In this document: positions 1 to 8,888 of the stretch, one piece after another
Layout: each line of letters opens with the position of its first letter
Position numbering within the stretch: position 1 is the stretch's first letter
Source of the DNA: an uncultured virus (IMG/VR IMGVR_UViG_3300008116_000013)
Lineage: Duplodnaviria; Heunggongvirae; Uroviricota; Caudoviricetes
Strand: one strand, 5' to 3'
IMG/VR virus record: IMGVR_UViG_3300008116_000013
DNA length: 64,000 nt
Notes under the pieces: model-generated
Told to the model about the DNA's origin: nothing
Databases searched by the model: none
What the model saw: only the letters and a program-made list of their open reading frames with translations
Made by a program: the position numbers and the translations under genes

Positions 1-553
1 CAGCAATGTGATTCGGGATGAAAGCGAACTCGTCAAGAAAGATGACATTATAGGATCCGCCTCGGACAGCAGATGACGAAGTAGAGTTAGATGAAATTTT
101 GGAGCCATTTTCTAGTTCTAAAGATCCTTTGTTCCAAGATATAATACCTTGTTGCATCCACTTGGGAAGGTTTTCATAAGCAAGTTGTAGTCTTCCAAGA
201 AGGTCTCTTGCCGTGGATGCTTTGTTCGCTAGAATAGCTATATTAACGTTATCGTTGAATACGGCATAATGTAACAAATATGAAACACAAGTCGTAGATT
301 TACCCGTCTGGCGAGGCATCTTACAGATATTAAATCTATTCTCGTGGAAGTTCTTTACAAGTTTCTCTTGAAATGGATACATCTCAAAAGGAACCAGACC
401 GTGATCCAGAGAAACAATCTTAATATAATTTTTTGCGAAATATACAGGGTCTTCTTTACATTTTAAGAACTCGATGATTTGTTCTTCAGTAAATTGAATC
501 TGTGTATTTGCTTTTTTTAAATTGGGGTTACCAAGATATACATTATCAGACAT
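1..553 (-). CDS. gp17: Terminase large subunit (T4 gp17-like), 5' part; runs off the window
   Basis: Manual translation from ATG at 553: MSDNVYLGNPNLKKAN...KMPRQTGKST (Walker A)...VRGGSYNVIFLDEFAF (Walker B). Missing from the ORF track because it is truncated. Confidence 0.97.
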   Translation of the reverse strand, partial: MSDNVYLGNPNLKKANTQIQFTEEQIIEFLKCKEDPVYFAKNYIKIVSLDHGLVPFEMYPFQEKLVKNFHENRFNICKMPRQTGKSTTCVSYLLHYAVFNDNVNIAILANKASTARDLLGRLQLAYENLPKWMQQGIISWNKGSLELENGSKISSNSTSSSAVRGGSYNVIFLDEFAFIPNHIA

Positions 554-560
554 AATTTAT

Positions 561-1835
561 TTACCTCTGTTCAATCCAGTTCAGAACTGCAAGTGCCTTT
601 TTACCAGTGTTGGGACTTGCACAAGCAAGAGTATAAGTATCACTAATTGTTCCAATACCACTTCTACCTAACTGAAGTGCTGCTTTAATATCGAGATCAA
701 CTAATGTTCCATTACCATCAATCACAAAACCACTCAAGAGATCACTTCCACCTGTTGTTGCAGTTTCAGTAATATTGTACTGCATAAAAGAGTTTGGATC
801 TGGATGATTTACCCAAGTTCCGCCAGTATTTGTTGCATTCAAAAGAAGTTTCCAATAAACATTGGTATTATCGTTTGTTGCTGCCTGCAATGATCTCAAA
901 AGCATTACACCAGTTAAACTACTAGACTTTAGACGAATACTTATAATTGGATAAAATATATCATTCGATGTCATCGTTGTCCCTGTGATGGGATTGGATA
1001 TACTCAAAAGAGTTCCAAGTTTCTCTGGTTCTCCTTCCTGAATCAGAGAATTAGAACCCTGATACATGTAATGAGTTCCTGCAACACCAGTTACATTTTC
1101 TATCTCAAGTCTAATAGGTAAGAATGGAGTAGAACACCACACTCCTGGATTTGTATTTGAGTTCTCAAAAGTATGGGATACAACAGTCTCATTCTTCATC
1201 AACCAAGCAAATTCTACAATGCCAGCACCATACCATTCATAATTGATTGAAATCATTTGTTGTTTTGTTGGATCCGCAGTTACTCCAGTCCAACCATTAC
1301 CATCAAACTTTTCACCATTCCAATCATCTCTGTATACTCTGGTTTCTGTAACAATTCCAGTTACACTACTGCGGAGCACATAAGAATATGTTCCTCCATC
1401 ATCCTCAAAATAAACGCCATTATTTTCATCAAATAATCCAAATCTTCTACGAATACCTACCTGTGGATTATCAAGACGAATTGCAAATGCAAGAGTTGCA
1501 CCTCTACCAGGAATGTATCTCATCACATTCTTGGTTTGGCGAATGATTTTGCTTCCTGTAGTGGAACCAACTTGCATCACTACATTACTAGATGCTACAT
1601 TATGAGTTGCAGTTGCTATTCCAACTATTCTTTCATCCCATACATCAGTTTCTTTACCATACTGGAAAGTGTTGAAGAAGACTGTTTGGAATGGAGCAAT
1701 TTTGAGACGATTGTTATTGGTGAATTGAGGTCTCCAGTCTGTCTGGTTTCCCCAGTGATCTGCGATCATATTTACTTCAAAAAGAGTTCTTTCTTGATCT
1801 AAGAAGTCTTGTGTTTTCTTATTCCACTGTGCCAT
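561..1835 (-). CDS. Hypothetical beta-rich protein between gp16 and gp17, probably virion-associated
   Basis: 424-aa ORF in the late operon, Thr/Gly/Ser-rich, no catalytic motif recognised. Confidence 0.6.
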   Translation of the reverse strand: MAQWNKKTQDFLDQERTLFEVNMIADHWGNQTDWRPQFTNNNRLKIAPFQTVFFNTFQYGKETDVWDERIVGIATATHNVASSNVVMQVGSTTGSKIIRQTKNVMRYIPGRGATLAFAIRLDNPQVGIRRRFGLFDENNGVYFEDDGGTYSYVLRSSVTGIVTETRVYRDDWNGEKFDGNGWTGVTADPTKQQMISINYEWYGAGIVEFAWLMKNETVVSHTFENSNTNPGVWCSTPFLPIRLEIENVTGVAGTHYMYQGSNSLIQEGEPEKLGTLLSISNPITGTTMTSNDIFYPIISIRLKSSSLTGVMLLRSLQAATNDNTNVYWKLLLNATNTGGTWVNHPDPNSFMQYNITETATTGGSDLLSGFVIDGNGTLVDLDIKAALQLGRSGIGTISDTYTLACASPNTGKKALAVLNWIEQR

Positions 1836-1838
1836 TAA

Positions 1839-2153
1839 TCAATCACTCCAGGTTAAACTTTCTGGTCTATATCTTTGTGCATTTTTAATCTTTAAGGAAT
1901 TGTTTGTTGATGGATAAATGTTGTGAACAATTGCTCCAGGATATTCACCCTGCAATTGTTCAGCAAGTGCATTTTTATCCATCATCTTACCTTCAACTTC
2001 CATACGATATAATTTTCCTTGCCAAACAACATCGGCAAGAAAAGATTCACCAACTGGTTCTGACTGTGATTCAGAACTATTTACATAGAGATTTCCATTG
2101 AAGTCTCCTGCAATATTTACGCTTTCTGAAAGAAACTCTTTGAATGATTTCAT
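1839..2153 (-). CDS. Putative internal head protein with a capsid-targeting-like N-terminus
   Basis: Starts MKSFKEFLSES, similar to the T4 internal-protein CTS (MKTYQEFIAE). Confidence 0.6.
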   Translation of the reverse strand: MKSFKEFLSESVNIAGDFNGNLYVNSSESQSEPVGESFLADVVWQGKLYRMEVEGKMMDKNALAEQLQGEYPGAIVHNIYPSTNNSLKIKNAQRYRPESLTWSD

Positions 2154-2154
2154 T

Positions 2155-3954
2155 TTAGTTACAGTTCCAACGACGGAGTGCTTTGTTGATTCTTGAATCT
2201 GGGTCTCTTGCAGTTTTTGCTGAAGTAAGTTTTGAACGCATTCCTTTCATACGACTACAAAAATTCTTACGTCTTTTTGCTCTTTTACCTTTTGGTTTTT
2301 TTTCAGTTACTGCGGTTTGAAGTTTAGAACCTGGATTTTCTTTGCGATAAGCATTAACTGCTGCTTGACTTAATCCATCAGTTTTATCTTTACGATTTAC
2401 TGATTGCCAATCTTCCGATAATCCAAAATCTGCTCTCCAATTAGAAAACTCTTCCGCCTTAACACAGTTTGGATGTCTCTTTCCAAACATTGTTTTCATT
2501 CCTTTCTTTTTATAACCAGGCCAACACTTCTCATCAATTACTTCACCTTTTGGTTCATAATGTGCAACTTGTACCTTTGTTTCTTTTTTTGCTAGTGGAA
2601 GTTGTGGTCCAGTTCTTTTTAAGAAAATTTCCTTTTCATATGGATTGTCTGTACTGGATCCTTTATTATAAAGTTTTTGTCTTTTTTGCAAATCCTTATG
2701 CTTTTGTGGATCAATAGGTGGAAGCATTTGCTCTTTCATTTCTCCACTGTCAACATAATCTGCAGCAGAATCTAAGTAGTCTGCTGCTTTAGTAATTTTT
2801 GATTGTACCCATGCTTCAATATTACCTTCACCATTCTTCATTTTTTTGCGAAGTCTTTTTGCCGCAGAAATAATTGTAGAAATTTCTGATCGAGCCATTG
2901 AATACTCATGATCATATCCTTCTGGCATATTTCCAGGATGTGGTGTATTTGGAGTGTATTTTTTACCTAAACCGATTGGAAGAGAATACATATCCCAGTA
3001 ATTTTTACCATACTTGCACTCATCACGAGTTTCATCCTTTTGACATTTTGGGCAATATCTAATCATTTGAGCCTCCTCTGATTTAGTTCCCCAATTAGAA
3101 GCACCAACTTTACGACACTTGACCAGTGCTCCAGATGCATATGCACTTGGCCAGACATCATATCTTGCTTTAACTTTGTGATAACAAGCATCTTTGGAAC
3201 CACTACCTTTTCCTGGTTTATCTTTTTGTGCTTCGTTAAGTTCCATTGCTTCTTTAATTCCTGGTTCTGCTTTTACGTAATTTGGATCTTTTTTACCCTT
3301 AGCAAAAGTTGGAACATTAGTTGGTGCCATCGCTCCAGATTTTGCTTGTTGCCCCTTATCTTTCTGTCTTTTTCTACGAATTGCTGATCTAATTAACGAT
3401 TTTCCTTTTTTACCCTTTTTCTTCAATGATCTCAATCTGGCGCTACTAAAACATTTAGGTGTTTTAGTTTCTCCAGGTTCATTAGCACAGGGTGAACCAT
3501 CTGCTTGAACCCATCCAGGTTTTCCACCTTTCGATTTTGAACCTCTGAACCAATGATGAAGAGTTCCTTCAGAAACAGAAACATCTTTGAACTTTTTATG
3601 TTCTTTCTTTGCTTTTGCTTCCATCTTTTTCAAGCGAGTATAATAATCGGGAATCTCATCTAAATGTTGAAGAGCAATATCAATTGCAAGGTCTTTGTCT
3701 TTTGTGTGTTCATGCTCAATAGGAACTCCCATTTTGAGTTGATTTTTTATAAAAGAAACTTCCATACGATGTTTCTTTGCAATTTGTTCAACTGTTTTAT
3801 GAGACTTAACTTCATGCATTTCACTAAATGGTGATTTTGATTTAATATCTTCACCCTTTGCTCTTTTTTTACGAGCAGCACAATGAGATTTCTGTGAGAA
3901 TCCACTGGGATTCTCACAGTTTATTGATCGTTTATATTTGTCAGACCAACTCAT
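2155..3954 (-). CDS. Basic, modular 599-aa protein; putative prohead-core/internal polyprotein
   Basis: A string of short Lys/Arg- and Cys-containing modules separated by x-x-E sites; late promoter CTAAATA at 3977-3983. Confidence 0.55.
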   Translation of the reverse strand: MSWSDKYKRSINCENPSGFSQKSHCAARKKRAKGEDIKSKSPFSEMHEVKSHKTVEQIAKKHRMEVSFIKNQLKMGVPIEHEHTKDKDLAIDIALQHLDEIPDYYTRLKKMEAKAKKEHKKFKDVSVSEGTLHHWFRGSKSKGGKPGWVQADGSPCANEPGETKTPKCFSSARLRSLKKKGKKGKSLIRSAIRRKRQKDKGQQAKSGAMAPTNVPTFAKGKKDPNYVKAEPGIKEAMELNEAQKDKPGKGSGSKDACYHKVKARYDVWPSAYASGALVKCRKVGASNWGTKSEEAQMIRYCPKCQKDETRDECKYGKNYWDMYSLPIGLGKKYTPNTPHPGNMPEGYDHEYSMARSEISTIISAAKRLRKKMKNGEGNIEAWVQSKITKAADYLDSAADYVDSGEMKEQMLPPIDPQKHKDLQKRQKLYNKGSSTDNPYEKEIFLKRTGPQLPLAKKETKVQVAHYEPKGEVIDEKCWPGYKKKGMKTMFGKRHPNCVKAEEFSNWRADFGLSEDWQSVNRKDKTDGLSQAAVNAYRKENPGSKLQTAVTEKKPKGKRAKRRKNFCSRMKGMRSKLTSAKTARDPDSRINKALRRWNCN

Positions 3955-3965
3955 TGAAAAATAGA

Positions 3966-4388
3966 TTACTCTTTATTATTTAGAAAACCTTGTTTGAGTA
4001 ATTTTGATAACTCAGATGTAGATCCCACAAAGATAGCATTATTTGTTGTATTATTTGTAGTTTTATTAGAATCTTCCTCCACTTCTTTTAATTTCTTTTG
4101 CAAATCAATAAGTTTATCAGTAACATCACCTACACTTTTAATTAACTGTCCGGCAACTTCATATGCTCTTGGTGAACCTCCCTCACCTGCAAGTTCCATG
4201 ATGCCATTAATTGCTTCTTGACCTTTTTCAATTAATGAATAAAGATTTGCTCTTGTATATTCATAGTCCTTTTGTATATCATCAGGTTTAATAGGAGTTA
4301 CACTTAACTCTTCTTTAACTTTTTCTACTTCTACAATACTACTCTCAATGTTTAGAGAAGAATTCAAACCGTCATAATTATTTTTCAT
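3966..4388 (-). CDS. gp16: Terminase small subunit (T4 gp16-like)
   Basis: DYEYTRANLYSLIEKGQEAI...SPRAYEVAGQLIK...NNAIFVGSTSEL signature; synteny. Confidence 0.95.
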   Translation of the reverse strand: MKNNYDGLNSSLNIESSIVEVEKVKEELSVTPIKPDDIQKDYEYTRANLYSLIEKGQEAINGIMELAGEGGSPRAYEVAGQLIKSVGDVTDKLIDLQKKLKEVEEDSNKTTNNTTNNAIFVGSTSELSKLLKQGFLNNKE

Positions 4389-4393
4389 AAAAC

Positions 4394-5188
4394 TTATATA
4401 TCCTTTTGTTGTGTAGGACTATATTCTTTACCATCAAAGAACATATCTAAAGATTCCGTAAATCCAAAATCATCATCAGGACTAGCAGTAATTGGATCTG
4501 GAACTACCGTGTATCTCATCTCCCTCTTTGCTGTTGTTTCTGTTCCAGTATAATAATCAACTTGAACCTTACGAATTAATCCATCCGTACTATCGGCAAT
4601 TGGTCCGAATAGATACGTTTTTGCAGTGAAATTAAAAGTGTAAATTAAAGTTCTTCTTGTGGAAAAATCACCTTCATAGTCATCAGTAAAAGAAACACTA
4701 TCTAAAACAACTGGAATATCCCTCTTTTCTCCAATGGAATCGACTAAATCTATTGTCAAATTAAATGCTGGTTGGAAGTATGGTAAAATTTGCTCAACCA
4801 CTTGAAGGGCATCATCGTTTAATTTAGACATCAAATTTAGTTGAAATCCTATATTATATGGAACAGGTAAAAAAACTTTTTTTAAATTTGATCCATCTAC
4901 AGCCTTAAAAGATTGAGTTATATTAGATTTTCTTGTAGAATCATATTGAATAGATGTCATTTCAAATGACATTCGAGGTAGAGTAATTGCAATTGGTTTA
5001 TTTAAATCTGCTTGCTGTTCTATTCTTGCTAGAAATTTTTGAATTGGACCATATGCTAAAGGAACTCTCATCTCATTATAAACATCACCATCTCCATCCA
5101 GATGTTTAATATGAATTTGGTTAAAAAGAGTACCAAAAGCAATTATAGTTTTTCTGATAATTTGATGATAATAATAAGTTCCTAACAT
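4394..5188 (-). CDS. gp15: Tail sheath stabilizer/completion protein (gp15)
   Basis: YYYHQIIRKTIIAFGTLFN...VPLAYGP...LPRMSFE...PVPYNIGF...EQILPYFQP motifs. Confidence 0.95.
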   Translation of the reverse strand: MLGTYYYHQIIRKTIIAFGTLFNQIHIKHLDGDGDVYNEMRVPLAYGPIQKFLARIEQQADLNKPIAITLPRMSFEMTSIQYDSTRKSNITQSFKAVDGSNLKKVFLPVPYNIGFQLNLMSKLNDDALQVVEQILPYFQPAFNLTIDLVDSIGEKRDIPVVLDSVSFTDDYEGDFSTRRTLIYTFNFTAKTYLFGPIADSTDGLIRKVQVDYYTGTETTAKREMRYTVVPDPITASPDDDFGFTESLDMFFDGKEYSPTQQKDI

Positions 5189-6579
5189 TAATAGTTACCA
5201 AATGGATTTGACTCTGAAAAATCGATAATTGAATCTGCTTCTATTTCAATTTGATCATTATCATCATATTTATCTTCAAACTTTGCGTCATTTATTCTTT
5301 CTAGAGAATAAATAGCAGACGATCCTTGTCCTACAATAATATCTCCTGGTAAGAAAGTCCCATCAGTTGTACCAACTTTAAGAATATTAGTATCTTTATT
5401 CCATGTTTTAACTCTTGCAGTTGCATTTGATATAGATCCAGTTACAACTTCATTGAAAATAAATGTTCCGATTCCTGTTAAAATTGGAGGAGGTGAGATT
5501 GTTACTGATGAATTTGAGGTATAACCAATTCCGGCGTCATAAAGTAATATTTGAGAAACATTACCAACACTACTAATTGATACTTTTCCGACTGCAGTTA
5601 TAGCTAGACCTACAGTTGGTGCTCCAAATGTGATTGTGGGACTAGTTGGATATCCAATTCCACTATTACCTATACTTACGGATGATATTCCAGCATAGTT
5701 TGAAACTAAAACGCAGGTTGCTGCAGCACCAACACCTACTCCCGTTATCGTTACTGATGGTGCTATAGTATATCCTGCTCCAGTATTTGTTAATAGAATC
5801 TCTTTAACTGAACAAACACCATTAATACACTGGGTTATAGCAACCGCAGATGCATTGACTCCTCCTGCAGGAGCTGAAGAAATTGCAACTGTTGGTATAG
5901 AAGTATATCCATGACCATCATTATTTAAAATAATTTTTCTAATATATCCAGTTGTTGTTATAGCAATACCAGTTGCTTGCACACCCAAAGAAATTAGTTT
6001 TAATGCTGTAATATATCCTCTATTTTCAAGAGTTGAATCTATTTCATCAACTGTTGTATTAAGATTATTCCAACCACCCATTTCATCTTCATATTCAAAT
6101 AGTTCACATTTTAACTCATAAACATATAGTTTACCTAATTGATAAAAGGGATTTTCATGTTCTACAAACTTAACTTCAAATAGTCTTTGACCTAAAGGAA
6201 AATAAATTAAATCCCCTTCTCTTGGTCTAGAAGCAATTTCAATTTCTGGATCATTTGAGTCAAGAAACGGAGAAATAAAATCTTCAAATCTTTCTCTGGA
6301 AATGACTAAACTTACTTCATCTTTTAAATTCATTCCAAATTTTGTTAGAATGTCTCCCTGACCACTATAACCATCATAATTATTAATGTATGCTTCAATT
6401 GCAAAATTGTCGTCAAATTTTGAAGCAGAAACTTCCTTTATAATAGTTTCTTTTCTAACAAATTTTCTTGGAATATAGATAACTTCAACTCCATAAATAC
6501 GAAGTTGTTCATTTATCAACTCTTGAACTAATCTTTGTTCGTTAGGTGATCCTTGTAAAAAGAAGGGATTTAGTGCCAT
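5188..6579 (-). CDS. gp14: Neck protein gp14 with inserted Gly/Thr-rich repeats
   Basis: MALNPFF...RPREGDLIYFP...FEVKFVEHENPFYQLGK...FSESNPFG; internal GxGYTxxPxVxI repeats. Confidence 0.93.
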   Translation of the reverse strand: MALNPFFLQGSPNEQRLVQELINEQLRIYGVEVIYIPRKFVRKETIIKEVSASKFDDNFAIEAYINNYDGYSGQGDILTKFGMNLKDEVSLVISRERFEDFISPFLDSNDPEIEIASRPREGDLIYFPLGQRLFEVKFVEHENPFYQLGKLYVYELKCELFEYEDEMGGWNNLNTTVDEIDSTLENRGYITALKLISLGVQATGIAITTTGYIRKIILNNDGHGYTSIPTVAISSAPAGGVNASAVAITQCINGVCSVKEILLTNTGAGYTIAPSVTITGVGVGAAATCVLVSNYAGISSVSIGNSGIGYPTSPTITFGAPTVGLAITAVGKVSISSVGNVSQILLYDAGIGYTSNSSVTISPPPILTGIGTFIFNEVVTGSISNATARVKTWNKDTNILKVGTTDGTFLPGDIIVGQGSSAIYSLERINDAKFEDKYDDNDQIEIEADSIIDFSESNPFGNY

Positions 6580-7421
6580 TATCCAATAAAATCGTAAGGA
6601 GGAAGTTCGTAATCTGTGGACATTTTTTGTATAATATCATCTAATTCTTTTTGCCCATCTTCATAAAGTTCTCTACCATTTAATTCAATACCACCTGGAA
6701 GTCTAACTCCCCTGAATTTAATTAAATTTTGACCCCACTGTCTTTTCATCAATGCAGTCAAATATTTTTTTAGAAAACTATCATTATATACTTTAGTAAA
6801 AGTATTTGGATCTAAAATTCTATAACAATCAATAACTATAAATGTATCTTTTGCTTTTGCATTCCAATCAATATCCAAATATAATCTATTTTGCCTCTTA
6901 TTGAATCTTATTTGCTTATCAGTTGAAAGTAAAAAATCAATATCTTCAAGATATGTCTTTACCATTGCATATTGTAGAAGTTCAACAGAATTGAAGTAAT
7001 ATAAATCATTCAAAAATAATTGATATTTGATACTCCACATTCCAGCAGAGATGGAACTAGTATCAAATTTGAATACTTTTTCTATACCAATAATAGAATC
7101 GGGAACTTGAATAAAATTTGAATTTTCATAGAAATTAAAAGTAGTGGTTCCTATTCCTGAAATATTTGCAGATCCTGTAGTTGTTACAATACCTACACCA
7201 TTTGTATATTGTGCTTTTCCTCTGTTAACATCTTCATCGGTAATTTTATATTTTAAGTACATTCTTTCAACACCATCAAAATGACGTTCTTGAAAATATT
7301 GAAGGGCATCGTCAACTAAATCATCTATTTGATCATCTGCCAGATTAATTTCCAAAACAGGAGCGCCCAAACGTCTTAAACAATAATCTATCAATTCTTG
7401 TCTAGTTGTAGGTTTTGACAT
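6579..7421 (-). CDS. gp13: Neck protein gp13
   Basis: ELIDYCLRRLGAPVLEIN...KRQWGQNLIKF.GV.LPGGIELNG motifs. Confidence 0.95.
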   Translation of the reverse strand: MSKPTTRQELIDYCLRRLGAPVLEINLADDQIDDLVDDALQYFQERHFDGVERMYLKYKITDEDVNRGKAQYTNGVGIVTTTGSANISGIGTTTFNFYENSNFIQVPDSIIGIEKVFKFDTSSISAGMWSIKYQLFLNDLYYFNSVELLQYAMVKTYLEDIDFLLSTDKQIRFNKRQNRLYLDIDWNAKAKDTFIVIDCYRILDPNTFTKVYNDSFLKKYLTALMKRQWGQNLIKFRGVRLPGGIELNGRELYEDGQKELDDIIQKMSTDYELPPYDFIG

Positions 7422-8158
7422 TAATAGGATCCTCCGTCTATTACATTTGACCAGGTTGGAATTCCTGATGCATTAGTTGAAAGTATATAGTTAGTTTCAC
7501 TAATTGCAGATGATGTTGTTCCCGTAGATACTAACTGATCATTAGCATCAAAATATGCAATTCCATATGCTTGACCTGGTGAGTAATAAATTGATTGCGC
7601 TACTGTAAGAATGCCAGAAATATAACCATTTCTTGCATTAAACTCATCAAATACTAAGTCATTGCTAACATATAAATCTCCATCAACATATAAATTGTTA
7701 AGAAAAGTTGCAACTCCAACAAAAGTTGAAACTCCACTTACATAAAGTTGACTTATAGATGAAATGCTAATATTTGCATTACTTATATCGGCATTTGATA
7801 ATGTAGTAATTCCAGAAACATTTAAATTAGTATTACTAAGGTTAGTAATAATCCCTACAGTTGATTGTAGAGTTGAGATAGTTCCAATTCCTGAAATAAT
7901 AATATTTCTACCAAAAATCTCATCTAAACTAACGTCATTAGTTACATATAAATTAGCGCCGATATAGAGATCATTTGCAAATGATGATATACCAGTAAAG
8001 GTTGAAACACCGCTGACACTTAACTGTGTAACTGATGCTATACCACCTATTACATTAACTGAGTTAGTTGCGTTATCCGCAAAAACAGAACCACCAGCAA
8101 CTGATGATAATATCTTGACAGTATTTTGTTGACCAACTCTAACTTTTATGTCGGGCAT
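7421..8158 (-). CDS. Fibre-like structural protein
   Basis: Repeated SQLxVSGVSTFxG units, C-terminal IDGGSY; position upstream of gp13. Confidence 0.65.
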   Translation of the reverse strand: MPDIKVRVGQQNTVKILSSVAGGSVFADNATNSVNVIGGIASVTQLSVSGVSTFTGISSFANDLYIGANLYVTNDVSLDEIFGRNIIISGIGTISTLQSTVGIITNLSNTNLNVSGITTLSNADISNANISISSISQLYVSGVSTFVGVATFLNNLYVDGDLYVSNDLVFDEFNARNGYISGILTVAQSIYYSPGQAYGIAYFDANDQLVSTGTTSSAISETNYILSTNASGIPTWSNVIDGGSY

Positions 8159-8499
8159 TATCGAGTGACTCCCTCTCTGACAAGGACCATCCCCTCAATC
8201 ACTCTACTTTTAATTGAGTTTCTAGTAATTACTACATCATACACGTATCTACCAGGTTTTAAATTAGTTGTTTGTGCAGATGATAAACTAACTATTATTT
8301 TTCCTAAATTAGATGGTGTAGAAATTGAAGTGGTAAAATCAGTAGCCGTTGAACTTCCAGCATATTTTCGCATCTGAGCAGTTGCTGTATATCCAGTAAG
8401 ATCGAGAGCAGAATTTGTGTCACTGGTTTCTAAATTAAAGGTCTGAGAAAAATCAGACCCAGCATTGATTACAAGATTATTGACATATACAGCTGCCAT
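8158..8499 (-). CDS. Small virion structural protein (BppU-N-like Ig fold suspected)
   Basis: LDLTGYTATAQMRK...GRYVYDV...RVIEG.V.V pattern; preceded by a late promoter. Confidence 0.7.
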   Translation of the reverse strand: MAAVYVNNLVINAGSDFSQTFNLETSDTNSALDLTGYTATAQMRKYAGSSTATDFTTSISTPSNLGKIIVSLSSAQTTNLKPGRYVYDVVITRNSIKSRVIEGMVLVREGVTR

Positions 8500-8521
8500 C
8501 TATTTTATAAGCTCTACTTTT

Positions 8522-8529
8522 TATTTATA
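8522..8529 (-). promoter_or_regulatory. T4-type late promoter TATAAATA
   Basis: Exact TATAAATA on the minus strand, 22 nt before the ATG at 8499. Confidence 0.85.
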
Positions 8530-8530
8530 C

Positions 8531-8701
8531 CTATATCAAATCGAGAGATGCTATTACCTCTTGCTGTTTAAGATACAATTTGCAATACAACTTTGCAAAA
8601 TTTTTTAGTTCATTTTCATTCATTTCATCAATAACACGAACATGCTTTTCATACTCAAATAATTTATCAATCGTCTCTAAAGCAATTTTACTTGGATCCA
8701 T
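8531..8701 (-). CDS. NblA-like small helical protein (56 aa; not in the ORF track)
   Basis: Manual translation MDPSKIALETIDKLFEYEKHVRVIDEMNENELKNFAKLYCKLYLKQQEVIASLDLI. Length and the L-x5-F...M...L...LY pattern resemble NblA. Confidence 0.55.
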   Translation of the reverse strand: MDPSKIALETIDKLFEYEKHVRVIDEMNENELKNFAKLYCKLYLKQQEVIASLDLI

Positions 8702-8888
8702 TTACTATTTCTCTCAATAAAGATTTAATTTCGTCAATGTCTTTTTTCATTTGTTCTATTTCATATTTTTGTATCTCCCTATTATTTTTTGCATTCATAT
8801 ATTGATTATATGATTGATTATCCACATTAAGAATAGCACCGCTATTCTCATCACGATATAAATTAGGAAAACCTTTTACTGGAATCAT
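8688..8888 (-). CDS. Conserved hypothetical cyanomyovirus protein
   Basis: VKG.PNLYRDENSGAILN plus a coiled-coil C-terminus; start overlaps the upstream stop. Confidence 0.75.
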   Translation of the reverse strand: MIPVKGFPNLYRDENSGAILNVDNQSYNQYMNAKNNREIQKYEIEQMKKDIDEIKSLLREIVNGSK

